Under the pieces are notes generated by a model. It was not told where the DNA came from, made no database searches, and saw nothing but the letters and a program-made list of their open reading frames with translations. Source: Planctomycetota bacterium (GTDB lineage: Bacteria > Planctomycetota > SZUA-567 > H5-PLA8). Taken from it: a stretch of DNA of 64,000 nucleotides. A program made the translations under genes and the position numbers. Numbering within the stretch: position 1 is the first letter of the stretch; each line of letters opens with the position of its first letter. The stretch is from NCBI GenBank assembly GCA_037129555.1, contig JBAXUS010000004.1, forward strand, positions 19,726-83,725, given 5' to 3'. Below are positions 18,861 to 27,932 of the stretch, in pieces.

Positions 18861-19913
18861 TCACTTCACGCAGCGGAAACCGGTGTGGCAGAGGCCGGTG
18901 TCGGGCGAGGATTTCATTCGAGCGCTGCACCGATAGCCGACGCAATACGAATCACTGCACAAATACGAACCGCCACGCGTCACGCGCTTTTGAATGCCGG
19001 GTTCTTCGGGGTCGGCGCTGTCGGCGGGGCCCGTTGGATTTTTCGACGCGCTGTAATTGTAGTAGTCTGGGCGATACCAATCAGCGACCCACTGCCACAC
19101 GTTTCCTGACATGTCGTACAATCCAAACGCGTTGGGAGGAAACGTGCCGACCGGAGCTGCGCCTTTGTATCCGTCGGTGCTTGTGTTTTCGTTCGGAAAG
19201 CGCCCCTGCCAAATGTTGGTCATCCAACGCCCGCCGGGATTCAACTCGCTGCCCCACGGATACGTCTGACTTTTCAATCCGGCGCGCGCGGCGTATTCCC
19301 ACTCGGCTTCCGTTGGCAGACGCTTGCCTGCCCATTTGGCGTACGCCTCTGCATCAAAATAACAGATATGCACGGCTGGGTATTTTTCGAGGCCTTTCAA
19401 ATCCGAATTCGGGCCGTCGGGGTGCCTCCAATTGGCTCCCGCCACATATGCCCACCAGACCATATGGTTATCCAACGGCACGTCGCCTGGCGGCGGTCGG
19501 AAGCAGACGGACCCCGCAACAAGCGCCTCGGGCGGAGCGTCCGGGAAATCCTTCGCGTCGGGCTTTTTTTCTGCGACGGTCACGTAACCGGTTGCTTTGA
19601 CGAAGGCTTCGAACTGCTCGTTGGTCACGACGTTTTTATCCATCCAAAACCCGTCGACGGCGACCTCGTGAATCGGCTGCTCATCAGGCTTGCCGTCCTT
19701 CGATCCCATCGCAAACGTCCCGCCCGCAATCCACACCATGCCCTCAGGCGCAGGCTTGGACGACGTCGCGGCCACTTTCGTTCCAGCGCCAACAGTCTCG
19801 GCAGTGGGAGCGACCGTCGGTTCGGTCGACGTCTTGGCTTTGCCGACATAAACGACGGCAACTGCGACGAGCAGCAGCGGGCAGATCAGAGCGAGGATAC
19901 GATTGAGCGACAT
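18861..19913 (-). CDS. Formylglycine-generating enzyme (FGE/SUMF1) family protein, membrane-anchored, with Cys-rich C-terminal tail
   Basis: MVWIAGGTFAMGS...PIHEVAVDGFWMDKNVVTNEQF...RLPTEAEWEYAARAG...GNVWQWVADWY are the FGE-sulfatase domain motifs. N-terminal TM LALICPLLLVAVAVVYV. ATG at 19911-19913. Confidence 0.85.
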   Translation of the reverse strand: MSLNRILALICPLLLVAVAVVYVGKAKTSTEPTVAPTAETVGAGTKVAATSSKPAPEGMVWIAGGTFAMGSKDGKPDEQPIHEVAVDGFWMDKNVVTNEQFEAFVKATGYVTVAEKKPDAKDFPDAPPEALVAGSVCFRPPPGDVPLDNHMVWWAYVAGANWRHPDGPNSDLKGLEKYPAVHICYFDAEAYAKWAGKRLPTEAEWEYAARAGLKSQTYPWGSELNPGGRWMTNIWQGRFPNENTSTDGYKGAAPVGTFPPNAFGLYDMSGNVWQWVADWYRPDYYNYSASKNPTGPADSADPEEPGIQKRVTRGGSYLCSDSYCVGYRCSARMKSSPDTGLCHTGFRCVK

Positions 19914-20018
19914 GGAATTCCTAATTAAAAAGTTTTGAACACATGACGGCGGCTGCGTCGTTTAACGCGTTCATTTATATACGCCGCACACTCACACTCA
20001 CACTCATCTACACTTCAT

Positions 20019-20849
20019 TCATTTGTGCGTCGCATAATAATACGCTAGGACGATCAGTCCCAGGGCAATGCGATAGTACCCGAACGCGGCGAGGCTGTGT
20101 TTGCGGACGTAACCGATCAGCCAATTTACCACGATCCACGACACAACAAACGACGTGATGCTGCCGATGAGCAGGACCGGCACGTGCTCGGCTTGAATCA
20201 GTTTCCAACTCTTGAACATCTTGTATGCGAACGCGCCGAACATCGTCGGGATGGCGAGGAAGAACGAGTATTCGGCGGCGGCGTTGCGGGTTAGGTGCAT
20301 CAAGCGGCCACCGACAATCGTCGACGCCGAACGCGAGGTTCCGGGGAACATGCTGAAGCATTGGAAGACGCCGATGAAAAAGGCCGTTAGAATCGGCGTG
20401 TCTTCAGCGGTCGTGTATTTTCCGTTGTCGCCTCCGCGTTCAATGAGAATCAAAATAATCCCGCCCAGAATCAGAGCGATGGCGACGGGCACCATGGCCA
20501 TGAAATTGGCTTCGAGCTTTTTATGAACCAGCGGTCCCAGAATCACGACAGGCATGACCGCCACGACAAGGCCGATCCAAAACGCTTTTGATTTCGCGTT
20601 CGTCGGAATGGTTTTCACCGACTCCCACAAGCGCGCGCGATAGAGCAGCATGACGGCGAGGATGGCCGGGAGTTGGATGATCACGTCGAAAATATCGTCG
20701 AGTGTTTTGACGTGTTCGATGTTTGTATCAGGCGTCAGCGGGAGCCAGTCGCGGACGAGGATCAGATGTCCGGTCGAGGAGATCGGGAGGAATTCCGTGA
20801 TGCCTTCGAGCACGCCTTTTAAGAACGCATTGATATAATAAATGAGCAC
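20019..20849 (-). CDS. uppP: Undecaprenyl-diphosphate phosphatase UppP/BacA
   Basis: GVLEGITEFLPISSTGHLIL is the UppP signature, and multiple TM helices follow. The start is a GTG at 20847-20849, 12 aa before the GVLEG motif as in E. coli UppP. Confidence 0.85.
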   Translation of the reverse strand: MLIYYINAFLKGVLEGITEFLPISSTGHLILVRDWLPLTPDTNIEHVKTLDDIFDVIIQLPAILAVMLLYRARLWESVKTIPTNAKSKAFWIGLVVAVMPVVILGPLVHKKLEANFMAMVPVAIALILGGIILILIERGGDNGKYTTAEDTPILTAFFIGVFQCFSMFPGTSRSASTIVGGRLMHLTRNAAAEYSFFLAIPTMFGAFAYKMFKSWKLIQAEHVPVLLIGSITSFVVSWIVVNWLIGYVRKHSLAAFGYYRIALGLIVLAYYYATHK

Positions 20850-21002
20850 GTAGGAATCTCAACGATGTGGTTGCCATGGAGCAGTACCCTGCTCCGTGCA
20901 GGGAAACTGGACAGATTTAAACCGTGACGTGTTTTCAAAAAAGGCAAGGACCAGATTACTGGTCCTTGGCACCCGTCGCAATAGAAACTTTACGACGCAG
21001 AA

Positions 21003-21350
21003 CTACAAGCGCGAGTTTTTGGCGACAGCGTCGGCAGCGGTTTTGATGTCCACGTTGACCAGGCCCATGTTAACATCGCGGCGCAGCAGGACGACGAGGA
21101 TCGTCTGTCCGACGTTGATCAACGCGAGTTTATTTTCGCTACCGCCGATCATGAAGCGTTTGAACTCGCCCAACTTGATGCGCTTTAATGCGCCGTCGAG
21201 GGCGACGAGAATTTGCGACGCAATGGCACCCATCTGCTGCTCGGAGACATCTATCGAAAAGTCGCTGGCGATGATGATGCCGTCGCGGCCTACGACCATG
21301 CTGCCCCAGACGCCTTGAGTCTTGTTCAATTGTGCCAAAATCGCGCGCAT
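21003..21350 (-). CDS. Roadblock/LC7 (MglB-like) domain protein
   Basis: 115 aa. The GVWGSMVVGRDGIIIASDF....ASQILVALDGALKRI pattern matches Roadblock/LC7 (Robl_LC7). AGGAG RBS upstream of the ATG. Confidence 0.7.
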   Translation of the reverse strand: MRAILAQLNKTQGVWGSMVVGRDGIIIASDFSIDVSEQQMGAIASQILVALDGALKRIKLGEFKRFMIGGSENKLALINVGQTILVVLLRRDVNMGLVNVDIKTAADAVAKNSRL

Positions 21351-21394
21351 GCGGACTCACTCCTGTTTCGAAATTCGGTGGCGACGATCCGCCT

Positions 21395-22510
21395 TTATTT
21401 ATTCAACGCCGTTTCGGCGAAGTCGCGGATACTCTTTTCGAGCAGTCCGTGCTTGGCGTCGGATTTGGCGAAGATCGTCAGGATCATGTCGTCGAATTGA
21501 ACGATATGAATATTACCGTCGGCCCCTTCGATGACACCTTCTTCAAACTGGCCCACGCCGAGTTTCACGGAGTGGTTGCTGGCCGTGCGGTAGACATTGG
21601 TGATCAACGCGCCGACGAGCCCTTCGTCCAAGCTGGCGTCCAAATTGGCGGCGACGATCAGGCCATATTGATCGACCAAAATCGCACCGTTGACTCCGGC
21701 CACGAGACGCAAGTCGGCGAGGCCTTTTGCGAGGGCCTGGTCCTTCGTGATAACTTTCGGAGCAGCGGGCGGTAGGGACATCGGGCGCCCGACGTTCGGC
21801 ATACTGGACGGACGCGGCTGCGGTTTTCCACTGCCGGTTTTAGCGCCGGTCTGAGTCGCGATGCTTTTCGGATTCGCAGCGTCCACAATCGCGCGGGCTT
21901 TGCGTTGGAGTTCGAGAATGCCTTCATCGCCGGGCGCAAAAAAGAGGATGTCGTCCAAGCGCTGAATCGCGTCGGTGGGGCGGTCCAACTGCATGTACAC
22001 GCTGGCCAACAATTTCAACGCGAGATAATTGTACTTGTCGAGCGCAACTGATTTTTCGAGTTGCGCGACAGCTTCGGGCCACTGTTTTTTGTCGGCGAAA
22101 ATCTGTCCCAGCACCAAGTATGTGCCGCCGTATTTCGGGAAGGCTTTAATGCCGCGCTGACACGTGTCAATAGTGCGTGTGAGTTCGTCGTCGGCTTTGT
22201 AGAGTTCGGCCAGACGTGCGTAGAGGATCGGATTGGGGTGGCTTTGGATGCGTTCGACGAGGCGCTTTTTTTCCATCTCGCGCTCGGCCTTTTCCGCATC
22301 AGCCTGACGTCGCACAATTTCCGGGGCGTTGGGATACCGCGCCGCGCCCAGCTTTAACACTTGGGCGGACTTGGCCTGGTTTCCCGCTTCTTTGTGAGCG
22401 TCGGCCAGTTGTAGATACAACTGCGGCGTCGGCTTTTCGGCGAGCCCCTGCTCCAACGAATGAATTCGGGAATCGGTGCGCCATTGGACATATTTGTCAA
22501 ACAGCCACAT
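21395..22510 (-). CDS. TPR-repeat protein with C-terminal Roadblock/LC7 domain
   Basis: 371 aa. The N-terminal ~230 aa are TPR-like helical repeats (YLQLADAHKEAGN..., YARLAELYKADDE..., LVLGQIFADKKQW...). The C-terminal ~110 aa (GVNGAILVDQYGLIVAANLDASLDEGLVGALITNVY...) are a second Roadblock/LC7 domain. It lies 44 nt upstream of the standalone roadblock gene on the same strand. Confidence 0.65.
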   Translation of the reverse strand: MWLFDKYVQWRTDSRIHSLEQGLAEKPTPQLYLQLADAHKEAGNQAKSAQVLKLGAARYPNAPEIVRRQADAEKAEREMEKKRLVERIQSHPNPILYARLAELYKADDELTRTIDTCQRGIKAFPKYGGTYLVLGQIFADKKQWPEAVAQLEKSVALDKYNYLALKLLASVYMQLDRPTDAIQRLDDILFFAPGDEGILELQRKARAIVDAANPKSIATQTGAKTGSGKPQPRPSSMPNVGRPMSLPPAAPKVITKDQALAKGLADLRLVAGVNGAILVDQYGLIVAANLDASLDEGLVGALITNVYRTASNHSVKLGVGQFEEGVIEGADGNIHIVQFDDMILTIFAKSDAKHGLLEKSIRDFAETALNK

Positions 22511-22762
22511 GCAACCCTTTCCGGGAGTCCACCTGTTCCCAAAAGAACACGAACTGAATCGCTACTTAAATCGACATTGTGCGATGTTTTATCGACCGTT
22601 TATAAGCGGTCAAGAACACTTTCTTTCGCACCAATCTTAATGAAATTATATCACACTGTACAAACAACTAAATAGACGTTATCGGGCTAAGTATATCTTT
22701 CCGGTGCACGTGAGCAGTGAGGTCGAATAGCCGCTTACTGACGTGCGCGGCTCTTGGGCGTT

Positions 22763-23776
22763 TCATTTCGCGCTGGGATTTTTGGGCATGTTGGCGAGGA
22801 AAAATTCGACGGTTCGCTTCACGCCGTCTTCGTTGCTGACGACGGGCTTGTAGCCGAAATCGCGGCGCGCTTTGTGGATGGAGTAGTAATGCGAGCACGA
22901 CAGCGTCTTCGCGAGGAAGCGCGTCATTGGCGGTTCTTTGCGGCGGCGGATCAGCCAAAACGCGGCTTCCAAACACGCGCCGACATAGTACGCCGTTCCC
23001 GTGCTTACCGAGCGTTGCACTTTCGGCAGACGCATGCGCCGGAAGAAGTCGTTGATCCAATCCCAAAGGACAACCGGTTGGCCATCGGAGATAAAATAGG
23101 CTTCACCCGCAACGCGTTTGCCGGTCATCACGTCGCACGCCAGCAGATGCGCGACGGCGGCGTTGTCAACGAACGTGAGATCGACTTTGTTTTTTCCGTC
23201 ACCGACGATTTTCAGTTTGCCGGATTGGTTGCGTTGAATTAATCGCGGGAGCAAATGGTTGTCGCGCGGGCCCCAGATTAAATGCGGACGCAAGGCGGTC
23301 GCGAAAAGGCCATCGCGTCCACTGCTGCCCAGCACCATCATTTCGGCTTCAGCTTTGGTGCGCGAATAGATGTTGTAGAATGTCTCAGGGTACGGCGTTT
23401 TTTCGTCGATGCCGCATTCGTCTTTCATGTCGAAGACGACGCTGGGCGAACTGGTGTAAATCAACTTCGGGACGCCGCGCCGTTTGCAGCCTTCGATGAT
23501 GTTGCGGGTGCCGAGGACATTGATGCCGTGGAAGAGTTTCGGGTCGCCCCAAATTCCAGCGAGGGCGGCGACGTGGAATACTGCGTCCATGCCCATGCAG
23601 GCGGTCGAGCAATCGCTGGCACTGCGGATGTCGGCTTGCAGGCACTCGGCTCCAAGCGCTTCGAGTTCCGGATAGCGGTTACGACCGATCACGCGCACGC
23701 GGTCTCCGCGGCTGACCAGAAGTTCTACGATTTTACGGCCCAAAAATCCGCCGCCACCGGTGACGAGTGCTTTCAT
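22763..23776 (-). CDS. NAD-dependent epimerase/dehydratase (3-beta-hydroxysteroid dehydrogenase/isomerase family)
   Basis: MKALVTGGGGFLGRKIVELL is a Rossmann GxxGxxG motif, and the fold is SDR-extended. 337 aa. Confidence 0.8.
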   Translation of the reverse strand: MKALVTGGGGFLGRKIVELLVSRGDRVRVIGRNRYPELEALGAECLQADIRSASDCSTACMGMDAVFHVAALAGIWGDPKLFHGINVLGTRNIIEGCKRRGVPKLIYTSSPSVVFDMKDECGIDEKTPYPETFYNIYSRTKAEAEMMVLGSSGRDGLFATALRPHLIWGPRDNHLLPRLIQRNQSGKLKIVGDGKNKVDLTFVDNAAVAHLLACDVMTGKRVAGEAYFISDGQPVVLWDWINDFFRRMRLPKVQRSVSTGTAYYVGACLEAAFWLIRRRKEPPMTRFLAKTLSCSHYYSIHKARRDFGYKPVVSNEDGVKRTVEFFLANMPKNPSAK

Positions 23777-23818
23777 AAAGACGACTGTTTCGCGTTTCGG
23801 GTTTCGGGTTTCATGTAA

Positions 23819-24346
23819 TTAGTATAACGATTTCAAATACGCCGTTACTGCCAAATCGGGACGCTCACCAATTGTGGATTCCGCACCACGCAAAATCTCT
23901 GGTGGATGGCTACCCACGAATTGCTTGCGGTCAATAACAAGCTTCGTTTTGAGATCGACAAGTGTAACGTCGCAGGTTTGTGAATACCCCGGTACGATTC
24001 CACCGGTGTCGTTTGTATACTGGCAGATTTGCTTTCTATCCCAGGACAATTGCGCAATCACGCCGACTTCTACCGGTGTCGCAGCAGCGACTTTTTCGGG
24101 CAATTGAAAATACAAGTCGTCGAAGTTCTTATCTTTCAGATTTACAACGATCATCTTGCCGGACCTGAACATGAATTTGTGATCAGACTCATCCGGAGGA
24201 GCAAGATAAACACTCAAGAACGGCTTGAATGGTTCGAATTTCCGTTCACGCAAATGCGAACCGAGTCTAAACAAAAGCAGCACAGAGATCACCGCGCTGA
24301 CCACTATACTTTTCAGTTTACCCGCGCCTTGATATGACATGGTCAT
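23819..24346 (-). CDS. Hypothetical membrane-anchored protein (175 aa)
   Basis: N-terminal TM IVVSAVISVLLLF. No recognised domain. It is sandwiched between the AMP-ligase and epimerase genes on the same strand. Confidence 0.45.
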   Translation of the reverse strand: MTMSYQGAGKLKSIVVSAVISVLLLFRLGSHLRERKFEPFKPFLSVYLAPPDESDHKFMFRSGKMIVVNLKDKNFDDLYFQLPEKVAAATPVEVGVIAQLSWDRKQICQYTNDTGGIVPGYSQTCDVTLVDLKTKLVIDRKQFVGSHPPEILRGAESTIGERPDLAVTAYLKSLY

Positions 24347-24456
24347 GCCCTTTCAGGGCGATCCATTCCTCGGATTCTTAATCCCAGGGCGATGCCCTGG
24401 GCTGATATATTGAGGCCTTTCAGGCCAGTACGGCGTTGTCTTCGAATCGTTAGACA

Positions 24457-26097
24457 TCAATTTCGAACATAGGACTTCGAAACATTTTTTCCGATCAACT
24501 CCCGGTCAATCTTTGCATTGTGCCGGACGTCGACCGGGAATGGTTTTCGATAGAACTCGACGCGATCAACATGTTGCCCCAAAGGTTCCAATTTCCAGTG
24601 CTTCACGATCTCTTGTTCTACACCAGCGGCGCGGCGTTTCACGTGCCATTCGAGCGCGAGAGCGGGATTGGATGAGCTGGTTTTGATCAGCGCGGCTCGG
24701 GCTTCAATACCCATTTTTGCGCGCAGGAATTCCTCGACGATTGCTTCGCAGCAGACGCTGTAAAAAACGCTTCCGTTGGCGGCGGTGACGCGGTGAGCAA
24801 GGCGACCACAGAACCAAATACGGCCCGTTTCATCAAGGTAGCCCATGTCGCCCATGCGGTGCCAGAGGCGGCCGGTGTCGTCGATGATTTTTGCAGCGGC
24901 CGTCGCTTCTGGCATCTCAAAATATTCTTTTGTGACCACCGGGCCGCTGACGATGATTTCGCCAATGGTGTTGGGAGTCAAGGGTGTGATACTTTTTGCG
25001 GCATCATAATTGACGACTCGAACCGTCATACTCGGGAGCGGCTTCCCGACGCAATGTCCCCTTCCCTGCCGCGTCAGTGCCCACGTTTCGTTGAGGACTT
25101 CGGAGCCGCGCATGCTGGATACGGGCAGCGCTTCCGTTGCACCGTAGGGAATGAAGACGTCAGCGTCCTTCGATAAAATGGTCGCGAATGGCGCGAGCAC
25201 GTCGCCGCGCACAGGCGCTCCGGCCATCATGATGCGCTTGAGGTTCGGAAGTGTGACGCCGCGTTCAATGCAGCGTGGGCCGACGCGTTTCCAGATCGCG
25301 GGCGAGCCGAACGAATACGTCACGGCGCGCGATTGGATCGCGTCAATGAGTTTGTCCGGATCGCACGTGGCCGGGCGCGAGGGGTTCATGTCGGGGATCA
25401 CGCAGGTCGTGCCGAGCGCGGTCGAAAACAACGCAAAAAGCGGAAACGCCGGGAGGTCGATTTCGCCGGGTTCGATGTTGAAATGTGAGCGAATCGCTTC
25501 GACTTGCGCGCCGAACATGCCGTGCTCGTAACAGACGCCTTTGGGCGGGCCGGTTCCTCCGGATGTGAAGAGGATGGCGGCGGGCGATTCGGTTGTCGTG
25601 TCGGCGATTTTATACGGGCCGCGTTTGAGTCCACTTGCTCGAATTTTCGCGAGTGTCGGGCCGCCCCAAAACCAGCGGCGGCCAACGGTCACGGCCACGC
25701 GTACGGTATCGAACGCAGCGTGGCCGGTCAAAGCTCGCAACGCATGAGCCGCCGGGATTGCGATCATGGCTTCGGGTTTCGCGCGAGCGACGCAGTGCAG
25801 TAAATTTGTGCGGCCCATGCCCGGATCAATCAGCACCGGGACCGCGCCGATTTTAAAGACTGCGAACGTCAGCGCGACGAATTCCAATCCGGGCCGAACG
25901 CCCAACAACACGCGACTCCCTGGGCCGATACCTGCTTCCGAAAGTCCCCACGCAAGCGCGTCGCATTCAGAGTTCAATTCCGAAAACGTGAGCTTCGTCC
26001 GGCCGAAACCATCAGGCGCATGTGCGCAGATGATGGCGTCGCGGTTGGGCGCGGTACGGGCCATTTCGGGAAGGAATTGAGCGATGTTGAACCGCAT
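24457..26097 (-). CDS. AMP-dependent synthetase/ligase (acyl-CoA synthetase / fatty-acyl-AMP-ligase-like)
   Basis: FTSGGTGPPKG is an AMP-binding P-loop-type motif, and the adenylate-forming fold runs throughout. The track start (26112) is a TTG. An ATG 5 codons downstream (MRFNIAQFLPE) has GGAG 9 nt upstream. Confidence 0.8.
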   Translation of the reverse strand: MRFNIAQFLPEMARTAPNRDAIICAHAPDGFGRTKLTFSELNSECDALAWGLSEAGIGPGSRVLLGVRPGLEFVALTFAVFKIGAVPVLIDPGMGRTNLLHCVARAKPEAMIAIPAAHALRALTGHAAFDTVRVAVTVGRRWFWGGPTLAKIRASGLKRGPYKIADTTTESPAAILFTSGGTGPPKGVCYEHGMFGAQVEAIRSHFNIEPGEIDLPAFPLFALFSTALGTTCVIPDMNPSRPATCDPDKLIDAIQSRAVTYSFGSPAIWKRVGPRCIERGVTLPNLKRIMMAGAPVRGDVLAPFATILSKDADVFIPYGATEALPVSSMRGSEVLNETWALTRQGRGHCVGKPLPSMTVRVVNYDAAKSITPLTPNTIGEIIVSGPVVTKEYFEMPEATAAAKIIDDTGRLWHRMGDMGYLDETGRIWFCGRLAHRVTAANGSVFYSVCCEAIVEEFLRAKMGIEARAALIKTSSSNPALALEWHVKRRAAGVEQEIVKHWKLEPLGQHVDRVEFYRKPFPVDVRHNAKIDRELIGKNVSKSYVRN

Positions 26098-26143
26098 GGA
26101 ACTCCGAAACAATCAGGGTGTATCATCGGAATCGCAGTAGCCT

Positions 26144-26306
26144 TTCCCCTCTCCCCTTGAGGGAGAGGGCCGACGAGACAGCCTTTCCGTCTCGCGGGGT
26201 GAGGGGTAAACGCTAGGATTAATCCATGCGCTTGGATTAATCAACGCCATCCCCTCACCCCGCGAAGGAGTACCTTCGTCGGCCCTCTCCCCCAAGGGGA
26301 GAGGGA
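26144..26306. repeat. ~165-bp imperfect inverted duplication (two ~80-bp arms, each with two nested hairpins) centred on tandem GGATTAATCC palindromes
   Basis: Left arm CCCCTCTCCCCttgAGGGAGAGGGCCGACGAgacagcctttccgtctCGCGGGGTGAGGGGtaaacgctaGGATTAATCCA. The reverse complement of the right arm is CCCTCTCCCCttgggGGAGAGGGCCGACGAaggtactccttcgCGCGGGGTGAGGGGatggcgttGATTAATCCA, about 80% identical. Intergenic, between the gspF terminator and the AMP-ligase start. Confidence 0.6.
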
Positions 26307-26351
26307 ACTGCGGCGTGATTTCGGTGATGCACTCGAACAATCACCTGCGTT

Positions 26352-26388
26352 AAATAAAATCGGCACCCAACAAATTGGGTGCCGATTT
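26352..26388 (-). terminator. Rho-independent terminator of the GspF/PilC gene
   Basis: Perfect 12-13-bp stem AATCGGCACCCA / TGGGTGCCGATT with a 5-nt loop. On the minus-strand transcript it is followed by a U-rich tract (AUUUUAUUUA), and it sits right after the gspF stop. Confidence 0.6.
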
Positions 26389-26413
26389 CGGATTCGATTG
26401 ACAGATCGATTGT

Positions 26414-27697
26414 TTACTTTCCGGCGCTCAAGCGATCCATGATCTTGATCAGCGGCATGAAGAGCGCGATGACGATGAAGCCGACGGTCAGACCCATGAC
26501 GACGATCAAAATCGGTTCCAACAAGCTCATCAAGGCACTGACCAGCGTATCGACTTCGTTGTCGTACGTGTCTGCGACTTTCATCAACATCTTGTCCAAT
26601 TCGCCGGTTTCTTCACCGACTTGAATCATGTTGACGACGAGATCGTCGAAGACGCCGGAGTGCTTCAAAGGTTCGGCGATAGTGTCGCCTTCTTTAATCG
26701 AGTTGTGGACCGTTTCGACGGCGTTCGCGACGACGGCATTGGATGTAGCCAATTTAATGATCGAGAGGGCTTCGAGAATCGGAACACCGGAAGTGACAAG
26801 CGTCCCCAGTGTGCGGCAGAAGCGGCTGACCGACGACTTCGAAATGATCCCGCCGAAGATCGGCACTTTCAACGAAATGGCATCGACGATCAAGCGACCA
26901 CGCGGGGTTCGGACGATCATTTTAAAGATGACCCAGAACAGCACCGGCGTGAAGATCAGGATGTACCAGTAATTTTTCATCACGGACGAAATGGCCAGCA
27001 GCACCAGTGTCGGGCCGGGCAATTCGCCGACGTCCATTTCAACGAACATTTCCTGGAACTTCGGAATGATGAAGATCATGATGAACGACAAAATACAGGA
27101 CGCGATGAAGACGACGGCGGCGGGATACACGAGCGCACCGATGATCTTTTGCTGGAGGCGTTGCGCCTTTTCGCGGTAGTCGGCGAGGCGTTCGAGAATT
27201 TCGTCGAGCACACCGCCCGCTTCACCGGCGCGGATCATGTTGACGTACAATTTGTCGAAGACACGCGGGTGCTTTCCGAGGCCTTCGGAAAGCGAGGAAC
27301 CGCCTTCGACGTCTTCTTTCACGTCGGCGATCGCGGATTTCAAAATGCCGGGGCGCAATTGCGTGACAAGAATATCGAGACTGCGGACGACCGGCAAGCC
27401 GGCGTCCAAGAGAGTTGCAAACTGACGCGTGAACGCGGTCAATTCCTTGGGCTTGACGCGCCAAGCGAAGATCGCGCCGCCTTTTTTCTTTTCGGGTGCG
27501 GCCGACTGGGCCATGCCAAAATTCTGCGCGCCACCCCCGCCACCACTCGGCGCTTTTCCACCCTTCTGTGTCACTCGTGTCGGGAAGAGGCCCATGCCCT
27601 TGAGTTTTTCGAGCGCATCTGCTTCCGATGCGGCGTCGATATCGGACCTGACTTCTTTACCTTGGGTGTCCATTGCCTCGTATGCGAACGACGCCAT
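26414..27697 (-). CDS. Type II secretion / type IV pilus inner-membrane platform protein (GspF/PilC family)
   Basis: 427 aa. Two T2SSF repeats (...LTAFTRQFATLLDAGLPVVRSLDIL... and ...VSRFCRTLGTLVTSGVPILEALSI...), three TM helices and a Gly-rich insert. GGAGA RBS. Confidence 0.85.
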   Translation of the reverse strand: MASFAYEAMDTQGKEVRSDIDAASEADALEKLKGMGLFPTRVTQKGGKAPSGGGGGAQNFGMAQSAAPEKKKGGAIFAWRVKPKELTAFTRQFATLLDAGLPVVRSLDILVTQLRPGILKSAIADVKEDVEGGSSLSEGLGKHPRVFDKLYVNMIRAGEAGGVLDEILERLADYREKAQRLQQKIIGALVYPAAVVFIASCILSFIMIFIIPKFQEMFVEMDVGELPGPTLVLLAISSVMKNYWYILIFTPVLFWVIFKMIVRTPRGRLIVDAISLKVPIFGGIISKSSVSRFCRTLGTLVTSGVPILEALSIIKLATSNAVVANAVETVHNSIKEGDTIAEPLKHSGVFDDLVVNMIQVGEETGELDKMLMKVADTYDNEVDTLVSALMSLLEPILIVVMGLTVGFIVIALFMPLIKIMDRLSAGK

Positions 27698-27932
27698 GAC
27701 ATTCTCCAGTCTTTCGATTAATAGAAATGCAAAACAATTAAAATTCGAATCACGATCGCGAGAGTATCGCTATTTTTCACGGGCTGTCAATATAGAGGCG
27801 CGAAATTCCTCGCAGGAATCGATACTTTTCGTTCGATGACCTGTTCAAACCTTCGGGGCACTCTGCGTTTTATTTTCGCAGCCCGTCGTGTATGATCCCG
27901 CTTGCAGTGTCCATATTTAAGGAGCGCACGCC

